Shown: positions 30,277 to 38,272 of the stretch, in pieces
How positions within the stretch are numbered: position 1 is the first letter of the stretch
How the letters are laid out: every line of letters begins with the position of its first letter
IMG/VR virus record: IMGVR_UViG_3300032236_002285
Coordinates: 186,001-250,000 of that record
DNA: 64,000 nt
Reading direction: 5' to 3' (one strand)
Translations under genes and position numbers: made by a program
The notes under the pieces: generated by a model
Seen by the model: the letters and a program-made list of their open reading frames with translations, nothing else
What the model was told of the DNA's origin: nothing
The model's database searches: none

Positions 30277-30684
30277 ATGACACTGAAAGAAAAAATTAAC
30301 GCAGACTTCATTACAGCTTTTAAATCTAAAAACGCTGTTGCTAAAAGTATTTTATCCGTAGTAAAGGGTGAAATTCAAAATATTGAAAAGAACGTAGGCT
30401 CTGATAATCTTTCAGATGTTGAAGTAACTAAGATTTTAACAAAGACTGTTAAATCTCTTAAAGAAACTATTGCATTAAGCAATGACGAAAAATCTAAGCT
30501 TGAATTAGCTATTGTTGAAGTTTATCTTCCAAAGCAAATGTCTAAAGAAGAAGTTACTGCTAAAGTAACAGAACTTGTAAATTCTGGTATCACTCAAATT
30601 GGTGCCATCATGAAAGAATTTGCAACTCTTCCAGCTGACAAGAAAATGGTCTCTGAATCAATCAAAGAAGTTACTAAACAGTAA
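30277..30684 (+). CDS. GatB/YqeY domain protein
   Basis: MTLKEKINADFITAFKSK...ELAIVEVYLPKQMSKEEV...GAIMK. Confidence 0.85.
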   Translation: MTLKEKINADFITAFKSKNAVAKSILSVVKGEIQNIEKNVGSDNLSDVEVTKILTKTVKSLKETIALSNDEKSKLELAIVEVYLPKQMSKEEVTAKVTELVNSGITQIGAIMKEFATLPADKKMVSESIKEVTKQ

Positions 30685-31573
30685 TTTTTGTTGTAGATGA
30701 TGATGCACCAGCAACATTAACTGCATTCAAGGTAATAGTATATGTGTGACCGGTGTAAGCATAATTATAGTTATAGCTTCCACCGTTCACTACTGTTGTA
30801 GTTATTTGACTTGGGTTAAAATTCTGATTGTTATAAAGTTGGGTTCCTAATTCTGAGTATATTATACCACCTTCTGAAATAATCACTTGATAAGCATCAA
30901 CACCCGATAATTGATTCCAAGAGATATTTAATATTACATTATTATTCATTGGATTTATAGAACTACAAGTAAGACCTAAAGAGCCGGAAGGAATAGCAAA
31001 AGAGGCAGCTCTTTCACTCCACTTTGATATATTTCCATAAGAGCCATTAGCCCATTTAACAGTTTCAACTGTTCCAGAGACTGTAACTTTTTTAATAGAC
31101 CAAGTATTATCAGTATCAGCAGCATTCATATCATATGAATATCCATAATAAGTAACTGGTGGATTAATATCTCTTCTTATCCAATTTATAGCATTATAAG
31201 AACTAATAACTTTTTCTTCAACAATCATATATAATTGACCTGACTCGCTATATCTAGCTGACATACCACTACTACGAACTATTTTAACAGAATATGTATA
31301 TGTACCTGCAACTGGTGTATCAATAACCGACATAGCAACTGTCATATTTAATCCACCTGTTGGAGTTTCAATGTGTAAAACCTCACCAATAGCTGTTGAA
31401 TCTCTAAATATTTGCAATTCATGCCATCCAGATCCACCTGGCTCAGCATCACCTGTAACAGTTACTTGAACTGGAAATCCACTCGTTGTTATAGAAGCGG
31501 TTTGTATAGTACTACCCGTAGCACTTAACGTTACTTGTCCATTGTTACCAATTGTATAATTTAAATCTATCAT
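30674..31573 (-). CDS. hypothetical beta-rich (tail/surface-like) protein
   Basis: S/T/G-rich, FN3-like C-terminus; TAATATATA at 31596-31604. Confidence 0.6.
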   Translation of the reverse strand: MIDLNYTIGNNGQVTLSATGSTIQTASITTSGFPVQVTVTGDAEPGGSGWHELQIFRDSTAIGEVLHIETPTGGLNMTVAMSVIDTPVAGTYTYSVKIVRSSGMSARYSESGQLYMIVEEKVISSYNAINWIRRDINPPVTYYGYSYDMNAADTDNTWSIKKVTVSGTVETVKWANGSYGNISKWSERAASFAIPSGSLGLTCSSINPMNNNVILNISWNQLSGVDAYQVIISEGGIIYSELGTQLYNNQNFNPSQITTTVVNGGSYNYNYAYTGHTYTITLNAVNVAGASSSTTKITV

Positions 31574-31674
31574 TTTGAAGTTTTATAGTTTATTGTATAT
31601 ATTAAAAGTTTTTGTTTTAATTTCAGAAAAAACAAATTAATAAGTTTTCTATATAAAAAATAAAAATAAAAATT

Positions 31675-31887
31675 ATGGCTTATTTAAGAGATGGTGGAAT
31701 TATCACTGAAAGAGATTATGTTGGGAAAACATTAGAAGAAGCAACACAATATGCTGAAAGTGGTGGGTTTGAAGTAAGAGTTGTTGAGGTTGATGGTCAA
31801 TCTAAAATGCTTACTATGGATACTAAATCAAATAGAATTAATTTCAGAGTTCGTGGTGGTTATGTAACTGCGGCTTTTGGAGGATAA
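31675..31887 (+). CDS. peptidase inhibitor I78-like small protein
   Basis: YVGKTLEEA...RVVEVDG...TMDTKSNRINFRVRGGYV. Confidence 0.55.
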   Translation: MAYLRDGGIITERDYVGKTLEEATQYAESGGFEVRVVEVDGQSKMLTMDTKSNRINFRVRGGYVTAAFGG

Positions 31888-32026
31888 AAATTTAAAATAA
31901 TTTGGTGAATTAAAAATGTCACCGTATATTTGTATTCACAAAACAGAACTGATAACTGTAAATAATCAGTGGAGCCGTTATTGAAATTCACGTTAGAAAT
32001 TTCCTTAAAATTAAAAAGGAAAATCT

Positions 32027-32368
32027 ATGAAGTCATTATGGCAATGGGAAAAACACGATGTTGTTAATTACCTAAGAGCAAATTTTTTAGAGACAGATGT
32101 TGAGTTTACAACAGAATCTCTAATTAAAAAGATTAACAAATCAAAATCAAAATCTTACGGTTTTGGTTATATTGATAAGATAATATCAAAGCACTTATCT
32201 GATTTGGCAACAGACGGATATCTAACAGTTAGATATGTTTCTGTTAAAATGGAACCAAATGAAGAATACTGGTATTCTGAAAAATGTAAAAAAAGATTTG
32301 GTTCAAAGACAGTATCAGTCTATAAAATGGTAGGAAGAGAGGAAAAAATAAAAAAAATATTGAAATAA
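32027..32368 (+). CDS. hypothetical protein ending REEKIKKILK
   Basis: ORF behind host-type promoter 31901-31932. Confidence 0.65.
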   Translation: MKSLWQWEKHDVVNYLRANFLETDVEFTTESLIKKINKSKSKSYGFGYIDKIISKHLSDLATDGYLTVRYVSVKMEPNEEYWYSEKCKKRFGSKTVSVYKMVGREEKIKKILK

Positions 32369-32457
32369 ATTTGGTAGAATTAAAACTTTTTACTAATTTT
32401 GTATAAAATAAGAACAAAAATAACAAAAGAGACAATAACTTTTTAATATATAAAGAA

Positions 32458-32565
32458 ATGAGAACAAATAATACACATAAACATTTTAGTAAATCGAATA
32501 AGTGGTTTAGCAACCAGTTCGGTACTGAAAGTGTATTGCTCTCAAATAAGATGTTAAAAGTCTAA
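32458..32565 (+). CDS. attenuator leader peptide 1 (His/Phe/Trp)
   Basis: MRTNNTHKHFSKSNKWFSNQFGTESVLLSNKMLKV; between promoter 32370-32401 and terminator. Confidence 0.75.
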   Translation: MRTNNTHKHFSKSNKWFSNQFGTESVLLSNKMLKV

Positions 32566-32584
32566 TTTTAGATAAACAATATTC

Positions 32585-32620
32585 AAAAGTCCGAACTTCA
32601 AAAAAGTTCGGACTTTTTTG
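32585..32620 (+). terminator. attenuator terminator 1
   Basis: AAAAGTCCGAACTT / AAGTTCGGACTTTT followed by T run. Confidence 0.9.
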
Positions 32621-32628
32621 TTTTATAT

Positions 32629-32714
32629 GGTGTCGTTATTGTTAACGGAGAGTCGAAAGACGAGCATCTGGCTCTGTGAAAGCCAGGGTACGGGTTCAAA
32701 TCCCGTACGACACC
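32629..32714 (+). tRNA. tRNA-His(GUG) with G-1:C73 and a hairpin insertion in the D-loop
   Basis: Loop CT-GTG-AA; 8-bp acceptor; GTC-GAAA-GAC in D-loop. Confidence 0.75.
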
Positions 32715-32720
32715 CAAGAA

Positions 32721-32796
32721 GGAACCTAAGCTAATCAGGTGAAAGCACTGGACTGAAAATCCAGGGAGCCCGGATCGTTACCGGGAGGTTCCACCA
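32721..32796 (+). tRNA. tRNA-Phe(GAA)
   Basis: CTGGA-CTGAAAA-TCCAG; CCA encoded; atypical T-loop ATCGTTA. Confidence 0.85.
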
Positions 32797-32804
32797 AAAT
32801 AAAT

Positions 32805-32878
32805 GGTGTATGTAGCTCAATCGGTAGAGCGTCGGTTTGTGGAGCCGAAGGTAGCGGGATCGTAACCCGTCATTCACC
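32805..32878 (+). tRNA. tRNA-His(GUG)
   Basis: TCGGT-TTGTGGA-GCCGA; G-1 and C73. Confidence 0.85.
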
Positions 32879-32883
32879 CAAAA

Positions 32884-32955
32884 GGAGACTTAGCTGAGAC
32901 GGTTTAGCGTTTGGTTGAAGCCCAAAAGAGGTCGGTTCGATTCCGGCAGTCTCCA
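32884..32955 (+). tRNA. tRNA-Phe(GAA)
   Basis: TTTGG-TTGAAGC-CCAAA. Confidence 0.8.
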
Positions 32956-32961
32956 CAACAT

Positions 32962-33032
32962 ACGTCATACAGACAAGGTGTCGGTCAGGTCTCCAAAACC
33001 TCGACGGTGGGGTTCGATTCCTCAATGGCGTG
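32962..33032 (+). tRNA. tRNA-Trp(CCA)
   Basis: AGGT-CTCCAAA-ACCT; G73. Confidence 0.8.
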
Positions 33033-33038
33033 CTAAAT

Positions 33039-33110
33039 ACGGGTATGGTGTAATGGCTAACATTTTGGTCTCCAAAACCAAAGATCTTGATTCGAATTCA
33101 GGTACCCGTG
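33039..33110 (+). tRNA. tRNA-Trp(CCA)
   Basis: TTGGT-CTCCAAA-ACCAA; G73. Confidence 0.85.
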
Positions 33111-33174
33111 CTAAAAGGTTCGTGTCTTTTTTTGATGTTTCGGACTTAATATATAGAATAAATAAGTTTTATAT

Positions 33175-33717
33175 ATGAAAGAGGAAATATTAAAGTTAAG
33201 AAGTGAAGGTAAGACTTTTAATGAAATAAAAGAAATACTAAAATGTTCAAAATCTACAATATCTTACCATTGTAGTGATGAACAAAAAGAAAAATCTAGA
33301 AATAGAACTAGAAAAAGAAGAGAGAATTTAATTCACTCTAAACTTGAAAGTTTTATCTATAGAAAAGAAAAAAATGTAAAAGAAGGAATAAGAAAGTTTC
33401 AAAAAACTGACTCAAATTCTAAAGGAAGGGTTAATAGTAATATTAAAACAACATTTAATTGGGTTGATGTTTTGAATAAGTTTGGTGAAAATACATATTG
33501 TTATTTGTCTGGAGAGAAAATTAACCTATATGAAGATAACTACAACTTTGACCATATTATACCAGTTAGTAAAAATGGTAGTAATAGTTTAGAAAACTTA
33601 GGAATTCTACACGAAAAAGTAAATAGAATGAAATCTGACTTATCACCAGAAGAATTAATAGAATGGTGTAAAAAGATTTTAGAGTTTAATAATTATAAAA
33701 TAGAAAAATTAGATTAA
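33175..33717 (+). mobile_element. HTH-HNH endonuclease inserted in tRNA array
   Basis: DHIIPVSKNGSNSLENLGILHEKVNRMKSD. Confidence 0.85.
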
Positions 33718-33791
33718 GAGTATGAAAACTAAATTGAAATATAAACGCTAGGCAACGATTCGAGTCACGGATCGTTGCCCTCAACAACAAT

Positions 33792-33864
33792 GATTCCGTA
33801 GCTCAATTGGTGGAGCTTCCGGCTTTTAACCGGAAGGATGTGAGTTCGAACCTCACCGGAATCA
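33792..33864 (+). tRNA. tRNA-Lys(UUU)
   Basis: TCCGG-CTTTTAA-CCGGA. Confidence 0.9.
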
Positions 33865-33871
33865 CTAAAAT

Positions 33872-33958
33872 GGTTCTGTCGCTTAGCGGCTATAGCAACT
33901 GGCTTTTAACCAGTAGAGATAATGTTCTCAACCGTGGGTTCGAGTCCCACCAGGACCA
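33872..33958 (+). tRNA. tRNA-Lys(UUU) with long variable arm
   Basis: ACTGG-CTTTTAA-CCAGT then GAGA-taatgt-TCTC arm. Confidence 0.8.
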
Positions 33959-33966
33959 CTAAAAAC

Positions 33967-34050
33967 ACTCCTGTCGCTCAGAGGTCGAGAGCAACTGGCT
34001 TTTAACCAGTAGACGCAAGTCCATCGTAGGTTCGAATCCTACCAGGAGTA
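33967..34050 (+). tRNA. tRNA-Lys(UUU) with long variable arm
   Basis: ACTGG-CTTTTAA-CCAGT then GAC-GCAA-GTC arm. Confidence 0.8.
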
Positions 34051-34054
34051 CTAA

Positions 34055-34137
34055 CGATTCGTCGCATAGTGGCTATTGCACCTGACTCTTAATCAGGCGA
34101 AGAAATTCAATCGTGGGTTCGAGTCCCACCGGGTCGA
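34055..34137 (+). tRNA. tRNA-Lys(CUU) with long variable arm
   Basis: CCTGA-CTCTTAA-TCAGG then GAA-gaaa-TTC arm. Confidence 0.8.
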
Positions 34138-34145
34138 CAAAAAAT

Positions 34146-34251
34146 AGTCAAGTGGCGAAAAGGCGAGACGCATAAGAGTTAATCTTTTGGGGTAGACCGA
34201 AGAACCGCGAAAAAGAAGGTTCCCATACAGGTTCGAGTCCTGTCTTGACTA
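34146..34251 (+). tRNA. atypical tRNA-Leu(UAA)-like gene with very long variable region
   Basis: AGTCAAG/CTTGACT acceptor, A73, Leu-like D arm, weak anticodon arm GT-TAA-TC, ~35 nt variable region. Confidence 0.55.
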
Positions 34252-34260
34252 CAAAAATAT

Positions 34261-34404
34261 GGAGAGAGTAGCTCAGTTGGTTAGAGCACGTATTCATTCT
34301 CTGACAAGGATTCTCTGATTATGGTCAACATAATTAGTAGTGATGTTAAGAGATACTTCGGTCTGTTAAACCCGTGGTCGTAGGTTCGAGTCCTACCTCT
34401 CTCC
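34261..34404 (+). tRNA. tRNA-Asn(GUU) interrupted by ~69 nt structured insert
   Basis: Removing 34291-34359 restores CGGGT-CTGTTAA-ACCCG; extra G-1:C73 pair. Confidence 0.7.
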
Positions 34405-34432
34405 CAAATATTAGATTATTAAAAAAATAAAA

Positions 34433-35065
34433 ATGGAAATAAAATTAGAAAGTACTTACAAAGGAACAAGGATTCTTTTTAAGGACAGCGCTAAAAATAA
34501 AAGAAAGTTACTAAATAGCATGATTGATATTTTAGAATCATATGGTTATCAGGAAATAATGATACCTATTATTCAAAAACAAGAAACATTTCAGTCAAAA
34601 GTTGGTGATGAAAACAGAAATATGATGTTTAACTTCAAAGACAGAGGTGATAGAGATTTGTGTTTATCTCCAGAGTACACGGCAATTGTTCAACAATTAT
34701 CAAGTGATAAAATGAAATATGATAAAGATGTAAAAATGTTTTATATCGGTGAATGTTTCAGAGGAGAAAATACACAATCTGGAAGATGGAGACAATTTAC
34801 ACAATTTGGAGTTGAAGTTATAAATCCAAGTAAAGATTATACTGATGAAATGGTTGAAATTGCCAGTAAACTAATTGAGTTAGTTACAAAAAATTATGAA
34901 GTAAATCTGGAAACTACAAGAGGACTTGACTACTACAAAGGTGGAAAAGGATTTGAAATTGCTTGTCCCGAATTAGGATCATCTAAGCAAATTTGTGGAG
35001 GTGGTTCATATGATGGTGGTATTGGATTTGCTGTTGGTGTAGATAGATTACTATTATGTAAATAA
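34433..35065 (+). CDS. minimal histidyl-tRNA synthetase-like catalytic core (no anticodon-binding domain)
   Basis: Motif 1 GYQEIMIPII, LSPEYTA, motif 2 FRGENTQSGRWRQFTQFGVE, GLDYY, motif 3 GGGSYD-GGIGFAVGVDRL; only 210 aa. Confidence 0.8.
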   Translation: MEIKLESTYKGTRILFKDSAKNKRKLLNSMIDILESYGYQEIMIPIIQKQETFQSKVGDENRNMMFNFKDRGDRDLCLSPEYTAIVQQLSSDKMKYDKDVKMFYIGECFRGENTQSGRWRQFTQFGVEVINPSKDYTDEMVEIASKLIELVTKNYEVNLETTRGLDYYKGGKGFEIACPELGSSKQICGGGSYDGGIGFAVGVDRLLLCK

Positions 35066-35074
35066 AAATAAATT

Positions 35075-35202
35075 GGGGATGTAGCTCAGTGGTAGAGAAA
35101 ACTATCTCTTTTGAAAATTTACCTCATAAGAGTGTTGATTGAGAGAGTTACTTCGTATATTTTGAAATTATAAGGTCGTGGGTTCGAATCCCACCATCCC
35201 CA
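35075..35202 (+). tRNA. tRNA (anticodon probably UGA) interrupted by ~55-60 nt structured insert
   Basis: GGGGATG/CATCCCC acceptor, canonical D and T arms, insert ending TTACTTCG; anticodon assignment uncertain. Confidence 0.6.
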
Positions 35203-35281
35203 CAAAAAAGATTTGGTAAATCAATAAAAAAGATTTACTTTTGTAAAAACAAAGAAAAGAAAATTAATATATAATAAAGTT

Positions 35282-35359
35282 ATGAAAACAATTATGCTTA
35301 CATCGAAGTCGTCAAGTAGTCGCTCGTCAAAACCGAGTGAGGTTCGATCGTATTCATAA
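35282..35359 (+). CDS. attenuator leader peptide 2 (Ser/Arg)
   Basis: MKTIMLTSKSSSSRSSKPSEVRSYS; 10 Ser and 2 Arg in 25 aa; promoter 35212-35243. Confidence 0.85.
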   Translation: MKTIMLTSKSSSSRSSKPSEVRSYS

Positions 35360-35382
35360 TATTCGTATAAAGATATTTTATG

Positions 35383-35415
35383 AAACCCTCGAACTTAATG
35401 TTTGAGGGTTTTTTT
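35383..35415 (+). terminator. attenuator terminator 2
   Basis: AAACCCTCGAAC-ttaat-GTTTGAGGGTTT followed by T run. Confidence 0.9.
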
Positions 35416-35426
35416 GTTTTATATAT

Positions 35427-35501
35427 GGTTCTATAGTTTAAATGGATAAAACACTCGGCTACGAACCGAGAGACGTGAAGGTTCGAATCCTTCTGGAACT
35501 A
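35427..35501 (+). tRNA. tRNA-Arg(ACG)
   Basis: CTCGG-CTACGAA-CCGAG. Confidence 0.9.
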
Positions 35502-35507
35502 CAAATT

Positions 35508-35598
35508 GGAGAAGTCAACCGAAATTGGTATCGGCCTAGTCTTGAAAACTAGTCATCGGCGATGAGTTGGTGTGTCGGTTCGAGTCCGACCTTCTCCG
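35508..35598 (+). tRNA. tRNA-Ser(UGA)
   Basis: CTAGT-CTTGAAA-ACTAG, long V arm, G73. Confidence 0.9.
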
Positions 35599-35603
35599 CA
35601 ACC

Positions 35604-35689
35604 GGAAGGAGTCCGAATGGACGAGGAACTTGTCTTGAAAACAAGCGGCTGTAAAAGGTTTGGGGGTTCGATTCCCTCTTCTTCCGCCA
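35604..35689 (+). tRNA. tRNA-Ser(UGA)
   Basis: CTTGT-CTTGAAA-ACAAG, G73, CCA. Confidence 0.9.
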
Positions 35690-35691
35690 AT

Positions 35692-35777
35692 GGAGAGTAA
35701 AGTAGCCAGGGTGCTACCACCGCCTGCTAAGCGAGTGGCCCATTAATTTGGGTGTGATTCGAGTTCACTGCTCTCCG
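35692..35777 (+). tRNA. tRNA-Ser(GCU)
   Basis: CGC-CTGCTAA-GCG, long V arm, G73. Confidence 0.85.
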
Positions 35778-35789
35778 CAAAAGATAACT

Positions 35790-35876
35790 GGAGAGTTGTC
35801 CGAGTGGTTTATGGAGCACGCTTGGAAAGCGTGTGTACTCGAAAGGGTACCGAAGGTTCGAATCCTTCACTCTCCG
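35790..35876 (+). tRNA. tRNA-Ser(GGA)
   Basis: CACGC-TTGGAAA-GCGTG, long V arm, G73. Confidence 0.9.
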
Positions 35877-35891
35877 CAAAAAAATTATATT

Positions 35892-36194
35892 ATGGATACA
35901 AGATATTTGACAAGACCAACATCATTTGAAACTACATTAGCTATTCTACAAGAATTGCTAAGTGAAAGATTATCACCGGAATGGAGGAGAATTTGGGTGC
36001 AAGGGTCTAATTCTGGTAGAACAAGATTCTGCTTTACTATATTTCCCAATACTGGAACATATACGATGAGATTTCATGATGTTGGTTCGTTTAGACAATT
36101 TAGAACCGATGGTGAATTAGAATCTGAATTTGAGCTATTAAATAGATTTATTACTTCTTTATCTGAAGGTGTATTAAAAGACATAATTATCTGA
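35892..36194 (+). CDS. hypothetical protein
   Basis: Start reassigned to ATG 35892; the upstream extension in the ORF track overlaps tRNAs. Confidence 0.55.
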   Translation: MDTRYLTRPTSFETTLAILQELLSERLSPEWRRIWVQGSNSGRTRFCFTIFPNTGTYTMRFHDVGSFRQFRTDGELESEFELLNRFITSLSEGVLKDIII

Positions 36195-36292
36195 AATTAA
36201 GAAAGGCTTTACTAATATATAGATTTATGAAAATTTTATCTATTTTAGTAAAGCCTTTAATTATGTATGTTAATTGGAGAATTAAATCTAGG

Positions 36293-37801
36293 TTAACTAA
36301 CCATTGATATCATAAACCAAGATCCTCCTCCATTTTTAAGAATTGTTATTGAACCATAATTACTATTTATGGTTTTTGCACCAGTTGAACCATCAATAGT
36401 TTCACCTAAATGTGGAGTTATAGTAATATTATTAGAACTTGCATTACCCGCTTCGTCTTTTATAATAACTATTTTACCATCTGTTAAAGTAGCAACACTT
36501 GCTAATGTTATACTAACAGATGTAGCAGTAGTATCTACCGGCCAATACTCTGGTTGAATTGATGGTAGTGCTAGAGGTGTTAATATAAAGCCAGATGGTG
36601 CTGAGATTGATGGATTAACAATAGGTCCGCCACTAACACCTGAAACACCTGAAGTACCGGATGAACCAGATGATCCGGAAACACCAGTTGATCCAATTTT
36701 ACCATCGTAATTCCAACTTATAGTATAAATATCTTCATCTATCAAAGTTACATTTGCTGGAGTAACCGATGATGCTGAACCTGATATTGTAAGATATGAA
36801 TAACCACCTGATACATTTTTAGCAACACTACCTCCTGTATTTTTGTTAATGGTATAGATACCTATAGGATCATTTGCTCCAAATCTTTTCAATTGAATAT
36901 AAGCCACTCTTCCTCTAAAAACTTGGTTGTATAAATCATCTAATAAATAATAATAGTCTGTTCCAACATAATCAAGTTGACCTATTGTTATTTGAGTTAA
37001 TGTTGTTACGTCAGTTGTATCAGTGTGAAAATGGTTAGGGTTATAAAGAGAACTTGAATACTTCCATCTACCTGAAAGTGCAGCACCATCATTACCACTT
37101 ACTCCTGATGAACCGGATGAACCCGATACACCACTTGTGCCTGAACTACCTGATGTGCCTGAACTACCAGATGAACCTGATGAACCTGATGAGCCAGACT
37201 GACCCATAGTTACCCAACTAATTGAATAGTTTTTACCACCTATTGCCATTCCATTTGATGAAACCTTAGTACAGTTAAAATTCCAAGAAGAACCCATATC
37301 TAAACCATTATTAACTTGGTAAATAACATAGTTATTAGCAGCATCGATCTGAGTTATCTTCATATATCCTTGATTTGGATAAGAAGTTAAAAAACTTCCT
37401 AAAGATGCTAACCAACTTGTGGCATCACCGCTTTCACTATAATAGTTTATATTAACATTATTACTTACTTGAGAAAAATCTGTATTACCTAAATTATATT
37501 GACCATTAATAGAATTGCTACCATAAACCCATCTTAGTGTATTAGAGCCATCAGCGCCACTTAAACCCGAAGTTCCTGATGAACCATTAGGACCAGTAGC
37601 ACCAACATGACCTGAGGTACCTGATGAACCTGATGAGCCAGATGACCCACTTCCACCACCACCTGAACCTATTACGGTAACATTACCTGATGTATCTTTT
37701 TGTTTAAGTACTCCGTCTAGATCTAGACCCATTAAAATACCTGATGACGGAGTTGCTGCTCCGGACATATCAATATAAGTAGAAAGTGAAATTAAACTCA
37801 T
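36293..37801 (-). CDS. Ser/Gly-repeat fibre-like (tail fibre/decoration) protein
   Basis: Three blocks of SGSSG/SGTSG/SGVSG repeats; TAATATATA at 37826-37834. Confidence 0.7.
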   Translation of the reverse strand: MSLISLSTYIDMSGAATPSSGILMGLDLDGVLKQKDTSGNVTVIGSGGGGSGSSGSSGSSGTSGHVGATGPNGSSGTSGLSGADGSNTLRWVYGSNSINGQYNLGNTDFSQVSNNVNINYYSESGDATSWLASLGSFLTSYPNQGYMKITQIDAANNYVIYQVNNGLDMGSSWNFNCTKVSSNGMAIGGKNYSISWVTMGQSGSSGSSGSSGSSGTSGSSGTSGVSGSSGSSGVSGNDGAALSGRWKYSSSLYNPNHFHTDTTDVTTLTQITIGQLDYVGTDYYYLLDDLYNQVFRGRVAYIQLKRFGANDPIGIYTINKNTGGSVAKNVSGGYSYLTISGSASSVTPANVTLIDEDIYTISWNYDGKIGSTGVSGSSGSSGTSGVSGVSGGPIVNPSISAPSGFILTPLALPSIQPEYWPVDTTATSVSITLASVATLTDGKIVIIKDEAGNASSNNITITPHLGETIDGSTGAKTINSNYGSITILKNGGGSWFMISMVS

Positions 37802-37870
37802 CTATAATAATTTTTTTTATTACTCTATATATTATTTTGTTAAATGGCTTTTATATTTTATATTTGTGGT

Positions 37871-38272
37871 ATGGGACATTGTATATCAGTATATCTAATG
37901 AATAAATCAGAGTTAAGAGACGAAAAGATTAGCTCTATACTAGATAATAAAGAAAAAAGTAAACAAATAAAATGGACTGAGCTACCAAAAGGTATTTTAG
38001 CAACTACTTATATTCCTAATGTAAGAGAGTTTGGTAAAGATAAAACAATTGCTAAAATATCAACTGACTACTTTGGTGGTAGTGGTTACCAAGAAGCAAA
38101 ATTATTTATTAATAATAAAAAAGTCTATAACGAATCGGATGAACAAGTAAATTTTGGTATCCGCCCAATCAATGATGTATTGAAAATGATGGGTATTGTT
38201 GCAAATAGTGGCATGGATGAATTTGATACAATCAACCTAAGTAATTACAGAAGTAACGAAGATTTCAAATGA
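37871..38272 (+). CDS. hypothetical protein with RDEKISSIL motif near N-terminus
   Basis: ORF after TATATTTG. Confidence 0.6.
   Translation: MGHCISVYLMNKSELRDEKISSILDNKEKSKQIKWTELPKGILATTYIPNVREFGKDKTIAKISTDYFGGSGYQEAKLFINNKKVYNESDEQVNFGIRPINDVLKMMGIVANSGMDEFDTINLSNYRSNEDFK

Noticed and set aside
32915-33178. ORF-track proteins overlapping tRNA genes (also 35748-35891, 45592-45905, 46431-46550, 46523-46960, 46606-46851)
   Set aside because: Spurious frames through GC-richer tRNA sequence.
34291-34359. Hammerhead, C/D-box or group I identity for the tRNA insert
   Set aside because: CTGACAA and CTGATTA do not match the CUGANGA core, the box-like words are not conserved across the three copies, and the length is far below a group I core.
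36620-37680. Short tandem DNA repeats (GATGAACC-like) as a CRISPR or repeat array
   Set aside because: They encode the SGSSG/SGTSG peptide repeats of the fibre-like protein; there is no repeat-spacer periodicity.
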